DNA of 64,000 bases from Epiperipatus broadwayi (Eukaryota > Animalia > Onychophora): positions 12,214,001-12,278,000 of the forward strand of contig JAQFVV010000008.1 in NCBI GenBank assembly GCA_028023455.1. The letters are read 5' to 3'. Shown here piece by piece: positions 1 to 12,349 of the stretch (the stretch's first letter is position 1; every line of letters starts with the position of its first letter). Under the pieces are notes generated by a model. It did no database searches and was not told the DNA's origin. It worked only from the letters and a program-made list of their open reading frames with translations. The position numbers and the translations under genes were made by a program.

Positions 1-239
1 ATTACATGAGCATTTTCAATTGCAGGTTGTTGAATAGATAATAGATCACTACAATCTAATGTTAAAGTCATAGTTATATTAATTTTTTTTTTTATTCCAA
101 TCATATTCATAAAAAAACTTGATTCATTTTTTAGAAGCATCAAGTATTCATGCTAAATTTCAATATCTATTACATATTTAAATTGCTAATTTATAATTTG
201 TTAGATAGATATACACGTTTTAGGTTCAATAAACAAAAG

Positions 240-2240
240 AGTCTTGATAGGTTCTCTGATAATGATTATATTATTGGTGACTTGGTTAAAATAAAACACG
301 GCATTTTTTGCTTGTTAGTATAATAAATTGAATGTAAAGTTTAATAATCAATATAAAAATCTAACGGTAGAAGTTCAAAAACTGACAAGGCTTAAAAATA
401 ATTAGAGGATTAAAGTCTTTCATTGTGTGATCATCTTTAAATTTTTTTTGATATTTTGAAACTAATATATGGATTTGAAAAATAAAATAATCCTAATGAA
501 TCCATTGATAGCCCACTCTTAATAATGGTGATAAATATTTTGAACAAGTAGAGGAATTATTTTGCTTGTCTTTTGAATGATGCTACAAAAATTAAGACAT
601 TTTCTGTAATCATTAAGATTTGGACTAAAATGTCCAGCTTAATGAAGTTCAAACAATTCTTTGTAATTACATATGAAAAGGCTGCAGGTCTTAATGAGAT
701 AATTGTAGAAGTTTTAAAATGTGGAGGTTATAAGTTAGCTTCAAAAATATTATAATTTTTTATGAATATCTGGACTTGTGAAATTATGCTGCCTGATCTT
801 AAGAATGCTTCTATTGTTTCAATTTTTAAAACTAAAGGATATTATTGTTGTTCATTACAACAAAGGTACTTTCAAAGAATTTATTGATTCCATTGTTTCT
901 ACTTATAGATGACTGGTTAGCAAAGACTCAATATGGCTTTAGAGAATCAAAAAGTTCTGTAAATATGGTTGTTTTTTTTTGGCCAGACAAATACAAAATA
1001 AGTATTCAGGGCAAAAAATAATTTGTATATTGCTTTTATCGATTTGGTCTAGGTATTTGACTCAATTATTTCAAAATATCTCTAGTAGTATTTTAAATTA
1101 GTTGAATTTTCACCAAATTTTATTTGTATTATATAGCTTCTAAATAATAGAATGAAAGGAAATGTTATTACTACAGAGGAAAAATTAGAAATATTCGAAA
1201 TGAAAACTGGTGTTAAATAAGGATACATACAAACTCAACTGTGTTTTTGGATTTTTATGATAATGGTTCTTGGAATTCTTCATAGGCGGCTTGATTAGGG
1301 ATCAAGATGCAATATAGGTTTCAGATAGAATATTTTAAGTTGGAATTTAAAAGCAAAAGATGTCATCATCTTAGATTTTAGATTTACAGTATACTGATGA
1401 TTGTGTTATCCTTGCCAATTTAAAAGATAATCTGTAGAATATTGTTAATGTTTTCTTGCAATATGTAAAAACTTTGGTTTAGTAAAAACACAATGATTGA
1501 CTTCAAGCAACTTTTAATTTGTATAATTATCGACTTTGAGAATGTGAGCCATTTTAAATATCTTGGTAGCTTTTTTAAATAGAAAGGTGAACTTAGGTTT
1601 TGAGATGCAGCAAACTCTAAATATTGCTGCTGCTTTTAACAAGTTGAAAAATTGAGTGTTTTATAATAGTGATATAATTATTACAAATAAATTAGTTGTA
1701 CAGAAAGATGTTATTTTACCTAATTTATTGAGAGTGAAATTTAGTGCAATTAAATTAGTTATATATAAAGCTGTTATTTTACCTAATTTATTGAATGATT
1801 GTGAAAATTGGATTCCTTATCATGAAGCATTAGAAAATTTTCATTTAATGTTGCTCTACAAATTTTTAAAAATATCATGGCAAAGATTATAAGATCAATC
1901 AATATACTCTGAAACTTGCTCAAAGTGATATGATAGAGACCACTATTGTAAAACTGTTCTTATTATATTAGTCATGAAACAAATGAACAATACAAGAGTT
2001 TCTAAAATGGTGTTTTATGGTAAATTTGAACATAGTTTTCATAGGCCTGTTTACATTATAAAAATTATTTCAAAGGCAGTATAAAAGGGGAATATTTATC
2101 ATTTTCACTGGAAAGCCACAATAATTAGGTATAGTGTTGAAGTATTTCAGAGAGAACATTTTTCCTGTAGCAGAAGTTAAAAAACAGCATATACTGTATG
2201 TGATTGTATTTGTGTTTTATTGATTGATTTGAATAATCAT
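240..2240 (+). mobile_element. Degenerate RTE-clade (BovB-like) non-LTR retrotransposon, RT region to 3' end
   Basis: Frame-broken RT motifs: QYGFRESKSSVNMV (~930), LYIAFIDLV*VFDS (~1025), LQYTDDCVILA (~1385, YADD equivalent), FENVSHFKYLGSF (~1537), KAVILPNLLNDCENW (~1770). Boundaries approximate. Confidence 0.8.
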
Positions 2241-2294
2241 CCCAACATGTACTTCTTATATATTATTATTATTTTATTTATATATATATATATT

Positions 2295-3154
2295 TTGAAA
2301 TTGGAATGAACATACTCATGCTGCTAATGATGATGATGAAAAAGATAATAGATTGACATATTTAGATATAGAGATAAAGAAATATTATAAGGGAAATATC
2401 TGTGAGATAAAAACTGGAGTGTATAGAAAAATGGGAGTAAAAATGGAGTGGGATGGGGTTCAAATATGGATGTAAGGCATAAAGTTAGTGCTATAAGTTC
2501 TAAAGTATACAGGGCAAAGTATTATTGTGATGAAGGAGATGAGTATGATAGGGAAATTGATAGGATAAAGAAGGATTTTAAGGAAAGTGGGTATCCAGAA
2601 GAGGTAGTAAAAAAGAATATAAAAAAAGTGGAAGAGAGGTATAAAAAAGAGGGAGAAGGAAAGAAGAAATCAAAGGATAGGGAGAGGATTATATAGGGAT
2701 ACAGGTTAATGATGGTAGTATAGTGAAGGGAATTAATAATATTATTAGAAAAATTAGTAAAGTTTTTAAAAAGAATATTAATTATAAAGTGGTAAATAAA
2801 AGAAAGAAAAATGTAATGGATATATTGCATGGTAGGTTTATAGGTGGGGAAAAGAAATATATTAATGGAGTTTATGAAATAAATTGTAGGAAATGTAAGG
2901 ATAAAGGAATTGTAAATAAATATGTAGGTGAGATGAAGAATTCAATATATACAAGGTTAAAGCAACATAGATATGATAGAAGATCACCAGTATATTTGCA
3001 TTCTTTGGAGACAGGTCATGAGTTGGAGAGAGAGGATGTTAAAATAATAAGTTTTGCAAATAGTAGAAGAGATAGAAAGATAAAGGAGGCAATTTTAATA
3101 AAAGAGATAAAACCAAATATTAATAGAGAAAATGGTTTAAGGACAATTATATAA
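2295..3154 (+). mobile_element. 5'-truncated Penelope-like element (RT thumb + GIY-YIG endonuclease), degenerate
   Basis: LTYLDIEIK (~2355), SKVYRAKYYC...FKESGYPEEVV (ORF 2448-2696), GVYEINCRKC...KYVGEMKNSIYTRLKQH...VYLHSLETGH...RKIKEAILI (ORF 2723-3154). Starts right after a (TA)n tract. Confidence 0.85.
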
Positions 3155-3179
3155 AGATGAAGAGAAATAGTAAAGTATA

Positions 3180-4010
3180 AAGTTCACTTCCGCTTTTGGC
3201 AGTCATCTTAGCAACTGGTCTTAAAAAAAGCGCCCCTTAGCGATTCAGTTTCAGGAAGACAGGGACGATTATCCCCTTACCTTTACGTTTTTTATTCGAG
3301 GTAAGTCGGTTTTAATCATTATATATTATGGAAAGTGATAATATAATCGATAACTCTCAAAATAATGTTAGCCCGATCTCAGCATTCAATCTAACAATGC
3401 AGTCGTCGGTCGTAAATTTTATAGTTTTAGATCTAATCTAAATGCATCTAAACTAACTTTTACAACGTATAAAAACCCACAAACCAATTAATCAAAAGAA
3501 AACATCATCGCAAATATCAACAAAAGTTTAGAAAATATTCAACTTACCCCTAATATAAACAATAGCATAAATACCTCATCAAGCAAAACTATTGAAATCC
3601 TTAAAAATACAAGCAAAAACCAATCATCTCCTCTCCAAAGACTTTACGCACCCTCAGAAGACTAATGAGCAATTTCCTTTGCCCAATAATTCCCTCAAAA
3701 CCATATCTGAAAATAATAGACAAAATTACCAACAAGATGATTTCGGCGAAATTTTTAAAGTTAAAACTTTTCCACCAGAGGTCGACAAAACCAGTGCTGT
3801 GAAATTACAGTTTGTCAACTGTAAATTTAAAAATCAAAAAGAAAAAATAAATTTTAAAACTGATAAATCTCATTCCAAAACAAACAAAGATTGTAGCACA
3901 GAACAATCCATTGCTACATCAGCCAACTTACAATCTAAACCAATTTCCTCAATACCAATAGTGAAAAATTCCTCTACGTACGCAAATATCGGCACCCATA
4001 TATATATATA
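3180..4010 (+). other. CpG-richer segment with a consensus splice donor followed by an A/C-rich ORF fragment: LINE 5'UTR/ORF1 start or a host non-coding first exon
   Basis: CACTTCCG at ~3186, GAG|GTAAGT at 3300/3301, abrupt switch from G/A-rich to C/A-rich composition, low-complexity ORF 3592-4026 ending in (TA)n. No diagnostic domain recognised. Confidence 0.3.
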
Positions 4011-4552
4011 TGAGTACAAGTTGTGATGTATAATATGTTACAGTGCGATTATATTTTTAAATCATTAATTTATTATAAATTTTTTGTTATAATTAATTTT
4101 AACCATCTTTTGCATTTGATGACTAGTTAGGCTTGAGGCATAAAAGTCCATTAGCTGGTTTACAGTTGTTGTTTTTTTTTTAATTTGAAAGTTTAACTTA
4201 ACACTTTCTTTTATCTTAATAAGACAAAGGCCCAATCCGAACTATAATTCTTGGAAATTATCTTACGTCATAGATACCTTGTGTCAGACCCAAGTACACA
4301 GTTTTAAAAATAAATTTGAAAGAGACCATATCAAGCTGCGATATTTCCTGAATAAATTAATTGTTTACTGGCGTCTTCTTTAAAATAATAAACCTAAATC
4401 TTAAAAGTATAATTTGATGTTTTGTGGTATTGCAGTAATGAAGAGGAAGAACCAAATTTAGCCTGAGCGGACGACCATCCATCCGATCGAGAGTTGGTAA
4501 TTTTTTTTAAATTCTTAAAATATTAGTAAAAAATTACTTAAATAAATGCTAT

Positions 4553-6250
4553 TGCAATGTTTGATTATGACTATATATATAAATTAGCGTTTTTGGTTTA
4601 TTTTAAAGTATTTTTTAATTTTCATCTCTTTTTCTTTTCCCGCTCTTTTTTTCCATAGTATAACCTTTGACTATTCAATGTGACGTTACAACTCAATGTT
4701 TGATTTATAGCATTAGTTTTTAAATATTGTTTTTTAAAATTATAATACTGATTTAGTATATAGCGTTGATAGACCGGACTGATATTTTTAAAATAGCATT
4801 TATTATTTTTCTAATGATCGCTATATTTTAACGGGTTTTTGTAAATATCATTTACGATTTTTTTTAAAAAAAATGCCTTATCATAGGGTTAATCTTTTGA
4901 GATTTACGATTACAATATTTGATTATCATGACTATATATATTAGCGTTTTTGGTTTATTTTAAAGTAATGTTTGATTACGACTATATATATAAATTAGCA
5001 TTTTTGGTTTATTTTAAAGTATTTTTTAATTTTCATCTTTTTCTTTTCCCGCTCTTTTTTTCCATAGTATAACCTTTGGCTATTCAATGTGGCATTACAA
5101 CTCAATGTTTGATTTATAGCATCATACTTTTTAAATATTGTTTTTTTAAATTATAATACTGATTTAGCATATAGCGTTGATAGACCGGACTGATATTGTT
5201 TGATTTATAGCATTATATTATTTTTCTAGTGATCGCTATATTTTAACGGATTTTTGTAAATATTGCAATGTTTGATAATGACTATATATATATAAATTAG
5301 CGTTTTTGGTTTATTTTAAAGTATTTTTTAATTTTCATCTCTTTTTCTTTTCCCGCTCTTTTTTTCCATAGTATAACCTTTGGCTATTCAATGTGACATT
5401 ACAACTCAATGTTTGATTTATAGCATTATAGTTTTTAAATATTGTTTTTTAAAATTATAATACTGATTTAGTATATAGCGTTGATAGACCGGACTGATAT
5501 TTTTAAAATAGCATTTATTATTTTTCTAATGATCGCTATATTTTAACGGGTTTTTGTAAATATCATTTACGATTTTTTTTAAAAAAAGTGCCTTAACATA
5601 GGGTTAATCTTTTGAGATTTACTATTGCAATATTTGATTATCATGACTATATATATTAGTGGTTTTGGTTTATTTTCCAGTATAACCTTTGGCTATTCAA
5701 TGTGACGTTACAACTCAATGTTTGATTTATAGCATTATACTTTTTAAATATTGTTTTTTAAAATTATAATACTGATTTAGTATATAGCGTTGATAGACCG
5801 GACTGATATTTTTAAAATAGCATTTATTATTTTTCTAATGATGGCTATATTTTAACGGGTTTTTGTAAATATCATTTACGATTTTTTTTAAAAAAAGTGC
5901 CTTAACATAGGGTTAATCTTTTGACATTTACTATTGCAATATTTGATTATCATGACTATAAATATTAGCGGTTTTGGTTTATTTTAAAGTAATGTTTGAT
6001 TATGACTATATATATAAATTAGCGTTTTTGGTTTATTTTAAAGTAAGGTTTGATTTATAGCATTATATTATTTTTCTAGTGATCGTTATATTTTAACGGA
6101 TTTTTGTAAATATTGCAATGTTTGATTATGACTATATATATAAATTAGCGTTTTTGGTTTATTTTAAAGTATTTTTTAATTTTCACCTCTTTTCCTTTTC
6201 CCGCACTTTTTTTTGATAGTATTACCTTAGGCTATTTAATGTGACGTTTC
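4553..6250. repeat. Complex modular tandem array (units ~300-410 bp built from shuffled sub-modules)
   Basis: TAGCGTTGATAGACCGGACTGATATT recurs at ~4761, 5172, 5477 and 5786. The module GACTATATATATAAATTAGCGTTTTTGGTTTATTTTAAAGT recurs about 8 times. Confidence 0.9.
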
Positions 6251-7021
6251 CCGCAATTTTTTTAAGTGTAGTCCCTTCCCAACACCTTTTTTAATTATAG
6301 TGCCTCAGGCGATTTACTTTTTTAAAAAATGAGTGTTTCTAGTCGATGACATTTATCGCTTGCATGTGCCAGCAGTGTTTTTGGCTGTTTTCAAATTCAA
6401 AATGGCCACCAAGCGCGTACTATATCAGCACCGACAATAATATCTCAAAGCAATGCGTGGATGCTCAGGGTTATAAAATAATATTACAAAGCATGACTTT
6501 TTAATAAGCTTATGTCATCTTTCATGTTCTAATTCATGCTATGTTTTATATTTGAAATCGGTTATAGTTAGCTAGAGTGATAGATTTATTGATGAATGAT
6601 AGAGATTATATTAAGTTCATATCATTGTTACTAAGCTTGAGTTTATATTATGATTACTAAGTTTAAGATTATATTATAAATATATTCAAAATCATATTAT
6701 AGAGACATTTGCGTGATATATAATTGTTATACGGATAAACACATTAAATCAGATTCTAGTTCGGATCAAAGCCGAAGTTACTTTCTAGGGAAGTTGAACT
6801 GAGACGTGATGGCAGTGGAACGTTAGATCCTAGTGCATTAGAAACTAGAGTATCAGATAAGTGCGACTCGAATGCATTCTTAATGGGGTTTATTACCTAG
6901 TAAACGGTTCCCTAACCGATCTGCTTGCTATAATGGAAGAGGCCTTTTAATTAAGTGAACAGAAAAATTGGCTTATGAGCCCTTTGGAAACGCTTTGGTT
7001 CCGTTATATACGAATAATTGT

Positions 7022-7105
7022 CACATTTGCCTAAACTTTCGAGGTGTGACTTGATGAAATACGAAGAACTGTCACAGTTGCCTAAACATTCGAGGCGTGA
7101 CTGGA
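7022..7105. repeat. Imperfect ~33-bp direct repeat inside a GC-richer unclassified segment (~6740-7130)
   Basis: CACATTTGCCTAAACTTTCGAGGTGTGACTTGA vs CACAGTTGCCTAAACATTCGAGGCGTGACTGGA. Confidence 0.6.
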
Positions 7106-7539
7106 CATTGAACAATCTTGAGATGGGCCATTATATATCTTGCAAGTAGATGTGCATATTTATGCAAATTAGCAATACATTCGCAACGCTAAATTAATAT
7201 TTTATAAATTAATTACGCCAATCTTAGCTTCTTCAGTGCTACTACCACCGGTCAGTTCATAAATGAGATTAAATTATAAAATAATAGCGATAATGAGAAT
7301 CTGATTTACGGTTATCTGCATAGCTATTATTCTCTAACTAAACGAACTTGAGATTTTTAGAACTGGGAACATTAGTTATATGTAGTATAACTACATCTAA
7401 TATAAACTGATTTTTAAATAATAAAATAAGAGTTATAAAATAGCTCACGCAAATTATTGATTTTTAAATAAATTACTCATCTTAAATAATTCATTAAAAT
7501 AGATCTTACTAATAATGCAAAATGTTTTGAATAGCGAAT

Positions 7540-7900
7540 GCAAACCTACATTTTAAATAGCTTGCGTAAAATATACTTTTTCAGATAACTGGCAAAATAC
7601 ATATTTTAAATCATTTACGCAAATATAATTCTTAATTAATCTGGGCACAATCTGAGTTTTAAATAATATACGTAATATATACGCTTTAACTAACTTTAGT
7701 AAACATTTTCATTTTAGCTAACTTGAGAAAAGATGCGTCTTAAATAATATACGCAAAATATACATTTAAATAACTTTAGCAAAAGAGTTTCATTTTAAGC
7801 AAAACATTTTCATTTTAAATAATTTGAGAAAAAGATGCGTTTTAAATAATATACGCAAATATACATTTTTAATAACTTTAGCAAAAGATTTTAAATAACT
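7540..7900. repeat. Degenerate AT-rich minisatellite
   Basis: Recurring TTTAAATAATATACGCAAA(A)TATACATTT...TAACTTTAGCAAAA and GAGAAAA(A)GATGCGT motifs. Confidence 0.55.
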
Positions 7901-8206
7901 TGTTCGGGCATTATAAATACCGATTCACTCTAGCACAAAATATTAGTTTTATTTCAGAAAGGAGTCTTGACTATATTCTTTATATCGCAATACTCTGGTA
8001 TACTAAAAGTGATTACTCACTCCCCTTCCCCCGATAATTTATTAACACACAAGACTCCGTTCTGATAAAAACACAGCATAAATCAATAAACATGAACTTA
8101 AAACTATAGATAGATGACATAAGAGTAAATTGCATAAACAATAAGATTTATAATTTAGAAATGAATTTCTGGTATGGTTTTATAGAAACTAGATGTTTAG
8201 GATTAT

Positions 8207-8307
8207 TTAAAATTATTAATGATCAACGACTACTTAAAATTAATAATGATCAACGACTACTTAAAATTATTAATGATCAACTACTACTTAAAATTATTAA
8301 TGATCAA
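8207..8307. repeat. 27-bp minisatellite, 3.7 copies
   Basis: Unit TTAAAATTATTAATGATCAACGACTAC at 8207, 8234, 8261 and partial at 8288. Confidence 0.95.
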
Positions 8308-8456
8308 GCAAGAATTTGGAGAGTTCTAAGATTTAAACAAATTTAAGATAAACATTTTAAGATAAACATTGTAATTGAACATTTAGAAAATAGGATTATG
8401 TGATTTAGTTAGCTAGCTGTCATTTAGAATACGTTTTAGTTAGGAGATTTAATATT

Positions 8457-8957
8457 TGTCAGAAATGATTTACCGGCAAAGTCTCTTTTAAGGCATTGTT
8501 TCCATGTGCTTCTCACTATATTCAGTCAGGCTGGGCTTCTCTTAGGTTTTAGTCTGGATGTAACTTCCGCAAATTTATTTCTGTGGCAGCTTTTTCCATT
8601 TCTCTGGTCAGGAACTCTCTGGTCTCTCAGGTACAGCTTCTTTCTTACTGATGGGCATGGTGGAAGTTTTCTGTCATCGGTAGCCGCTCGTGGAAGAGCA
8701 AACGGCTGTCTCTTTGTCTTCTAGCCAACGGTCATCTTGGTAGCAGCTTGGATGGTAGTTTTCTAAGGTTTAGCTTTTTAAAACTGCAGAAACAGCTTTC
8801 TTACTGAACTTCAGCTCTGTGGTTTTCGGAAATAATTTCGGCAGCAAATATAATTTTCACAGCAACAGCAAAAACTTAACACGGATGATGATAGATGATG
8901 GAAGAGGTTAGGTTATTTGGTGGCTATTTGGGCCCCTTTTTATGCTATATTTTGACA
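8457..8957. mobile_element. Possible solo LTR
   Basis: ~500-bp GC-richer block bounded by TGTCA (8457) and TGACA (8957). No target-site duplication seen. Confidence 0.3.
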
Positions 8958-9777
8958 GTAGTAACCTCCTACTTTGAGTCATGCCACATCACAAGATGAC
9001 TAGTTCAAACTAGCCTTTAACCAAATATCCAGTTAGTAAAAATATTAAGTATATCTAAATCTGGACTTGGTAAGACTCTATTGTTTTAATTGACGTCAGT
9101 TTTAAAAGATATATTTTTAAGAGAATGGTCACAAGCCATTTGTAAAGATTTTTGTATAGATTTATGCCTGACTGAATATTATAATTGGTCTTGGTTATAA
9201 TTTTTAAATAGGTCAAATTTTGGCTAAAGATTTATCTTTAGAACGAAGTGTTAAAACTGATAAAACTTTCTGCTTGTAATTTTAAGCAAACAAAAGAATT
9301 GAAAATTATCTAACTTGGAAATTAGTTAAAATGAATACTGACTTAAATAATTATTTAGAAAGAATATTGAAAAATAAGTAATATTATAAATTTAAACTTA
9401 TTATGCTACTATATAGATAAATTTTAATTATACAGTTATGTTTATTTCAGTTTTAACAAATCTAATGGAACATGCTCGTATATAAATATTTGAGACTATA
9501 ATTTTATATTTATAATTTTTAAGGACGTTTATATACGCACATACTCGCAATATTATAAGGCCAAAGTTTTTAAAATTTAAGAAATACACGCCATCTGAGT
9601 ACAACAAATATATACTATTATCAAAGATAATAGGTGAAACAGGTGTAACCATTTCAATAATAATAATGAATATAAAGATTGTTATGAATATTTGGTATAT
9701 TAAGGTATCAATATATTAAGGTATCAATAACAATAATATATATTTGTTTATAGTACCAGCATTGTCATTCAGTCATC

Positions 9778-9816
9778 ATGATTTCAAATTCATCAGAAAG
9801 TGAAACAAATAATGAG
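9778..9816 (+). CDS. Candidate first coding exon of the Deltex-like gene (MISNSSESETNNE)
   Basis: Acceptor TTTGTTTATAG| at 9753, ATG at 9778, strong donor GAG|GTAAGA at 9816/9817, phase 0 like the next supported exon at 22343. Too short for homology support. Confidence 0.4.
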
Positions 9817-12349
9817 GTAAGATTAATTTAAGATATAATTTAAATATATTTTACAAAAGAGAGAGAAAATTTTTAAAAGATAATAAAAAAAATAAAAATT
9901 AATTTAAAAATAAATAACTGACATTTTTAAGTCACTAAGCAAAGAAATAATAATGGTAGTCATTATAGAAGAAAGTAGCAAATGACTTAAATCTCTTAAA
10001 TCACTATTAGACTGCTAGATGTATTTTAAATAAACAATTTTAGATGTTAAAAAAAAAAGTAATACCAAACTAAGGTCCATCTTTACTAATAGCTATATTG
10101 CTATGCAATATTTATGTAAATTAGATAAACTTAATTTATGAAAGTCATATTTTTTAATCAGGTTTTTTTGAAAATATGGCACTTGTAAATTAAGCTTTAA
10201 TAAGTTATGGTACTGGTCTATTAGCCACCGTACATCATTTTGATGGTGCTGTTTATGTTCAAAAACATATTATTATAACTTTTCCGGGCCGGACGTTTTC
10301 TTTCAAATTTACGTTATTCTTATAATACTAAAAATTAAACTTTTAATCAGGGGAGAGAGAGAGAGAGAAAAAAAAAATTTAGGAAAGAATAATTATTATT
10401 TTTTAAAAATAAATTTATTAATCTTATATAATTTTATATTATTATCTATTGTTTTTTTTTTTTAATAATTGTTTTTATTAACTAATGTTATCTTAAGCAT
10501 ATTATTTAATAAATAAATTTATGTATACAAATATATAAACATTTATAGTCTTGGTTTGTGTCTTTATTCATTTGTAGTTACTTAAATAAGCATTCCTATG
10601 GATTGTTTTAGAAATTGGAACAAATAATTTTTTTATTTTATATTATAAAGCAATTATATTTTTATATAGGAAAATATCTGTCCAGATGTCACTATTTATG
10701 TATAGTATTTGTTACAATTTGTATCAAGTAAAATAATAATTCCTAAAAATAAATATATAATAAATAATACAAAATTTATAAAGCCAAAATTTCCAAAATT
10801 TTTAAATATTTATAAAATATCCTAAAAGTGTAAAATATTAAAAACTAAACTAACTAATAAAAATAAATAAACATTCAAAATTTTAAACTAGCCAAAATTT
10901 AAAAACTTTTTTTTTACCCCCTAACCAACTGGTTTCATTGGAAAGACAGACTTAATCAAATGCAAAAGAATACAAATATAATACAAATATATACTATATA
11001 AATTACCCATCGTTTTCAATTACATTCCAATTACCTTTTTAGGCAGAGTTCTTAAGTGAGAGGGAACGTAAATATATATTACTCAAATTACCCATAATTC
11101 TCAATCATGGAAAGTTTATGTAGTAAATATTTGTGTTGTGTTTGTTTTTTAAATTTTAGCTAGTTTTTTTTTGTGTAATTTATTTAAAATCTGATTTAGA
11201 TATAAATTTGTGTGCAAAAAGATTAGTAACTTCATTATATCTTTTATAAAGACATACTTTGTTTAACATTTGTAGTAATAAACTCTTAGTTGTTTATTTA
11301 AAAGAAAAGTATTTGAAGAATCTATATATTCAATTTCTCATTTATTACATTGTATTACTTTTGCTTGAAAAATAATATATATATATCAATAATTTCAGTC
11401 TCTTTGGTCAAGTTCAATCTTTAGAGTCTATATAAATATATGAGATCAAAAATAAAAGTGCTTTATTGTTAAAAGGATGTTACCTTGACATCAGATTGAT
11501 ATTGTTAGTGGTTATTGATATTGGGATTGTTTAAGTGTTGACTGATTTTAATGATTATATATATATATTTGTAACTTACATTAAATATACACATGCATTA
11601 TATCAAAAAGAAGGAATAAAAATTTATTGAATAATTGATATCCAATCATTGTTTTATTCAATTGAAATTGTTTTAAAACTGTTAATTTCATGTTGCATGC
11701 AAATTTGGAGATTAAATTGTTGTTTTTTCTCTCTCTTTCATGTAATTTTTATTTCTCTATGCATTTGTTTAAAAAAATATACTTTGGTGTGTCCTTGTAC
11801 AAATTTATTTAGAGATTTTTTTTATCTAACCCAACCTATTCTCATTTTACTACATATTCTTTAGAGTAGTTTTTTTTTACTTGTTTTTTTTTTTATATTT
11901 TATTATATTTTTTTTTAATATGAATATATATATTAATTTACTTATTATTCTATATTATTTTGCATGTGTTTCATAAATAAATCTTAATTCCTGCTAAGTT
12001 AGTAATGATGGTTTGTGAAAGATTAAATTCTTTTTTATAATTTTGTTCAGATAATAGAAGATTCAAATTATTGAGCAATTCAGCTTGCACTTCATATTGT
12101 TCAATAAATAAATGGATGAGGGTCATCCATTGAGTGAGTGATCATGTCTTGTTGCAATGTTTATCTCAGATGAGAAGAGTGTAACTTTTCTAAGCAATGA
12201 TTTTACCGTTTTATTAAAATTTAAGTTATTTTTAGCATGAGTAATGTAATCTTTTAATTAAACATCAAAAATTCTCATACAAAATTTTTTGTACGTTTCA
12301 AAATACAATAATAAATAGCAACTCATAAATGAGTATGGCTATTCCAATT

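Noticed and set aside
2522-2830. 102-aa hydrophobic minus-strand ORF
   Set aside because: Antisense shadow of the purine-rich Penelope strand; not a membrane protein gene.
3155-3360. Hammerhead expected after the first Penelope ORF
   Set aside because: No CTGANGA/TTGANAA...GAAA arrangement found on either strand.
4553-6250. Repeat array as a CRISPR candidate
   Set aside because: Intervening sequences are themselves repeated, there are no unique spacers or cas genes, and the context is eukaryotic.
8161-8346. ORF with repeated KIINDQRLL
   Set aside because: Produced by the 27-bp minisatellite; no splice or homology support.
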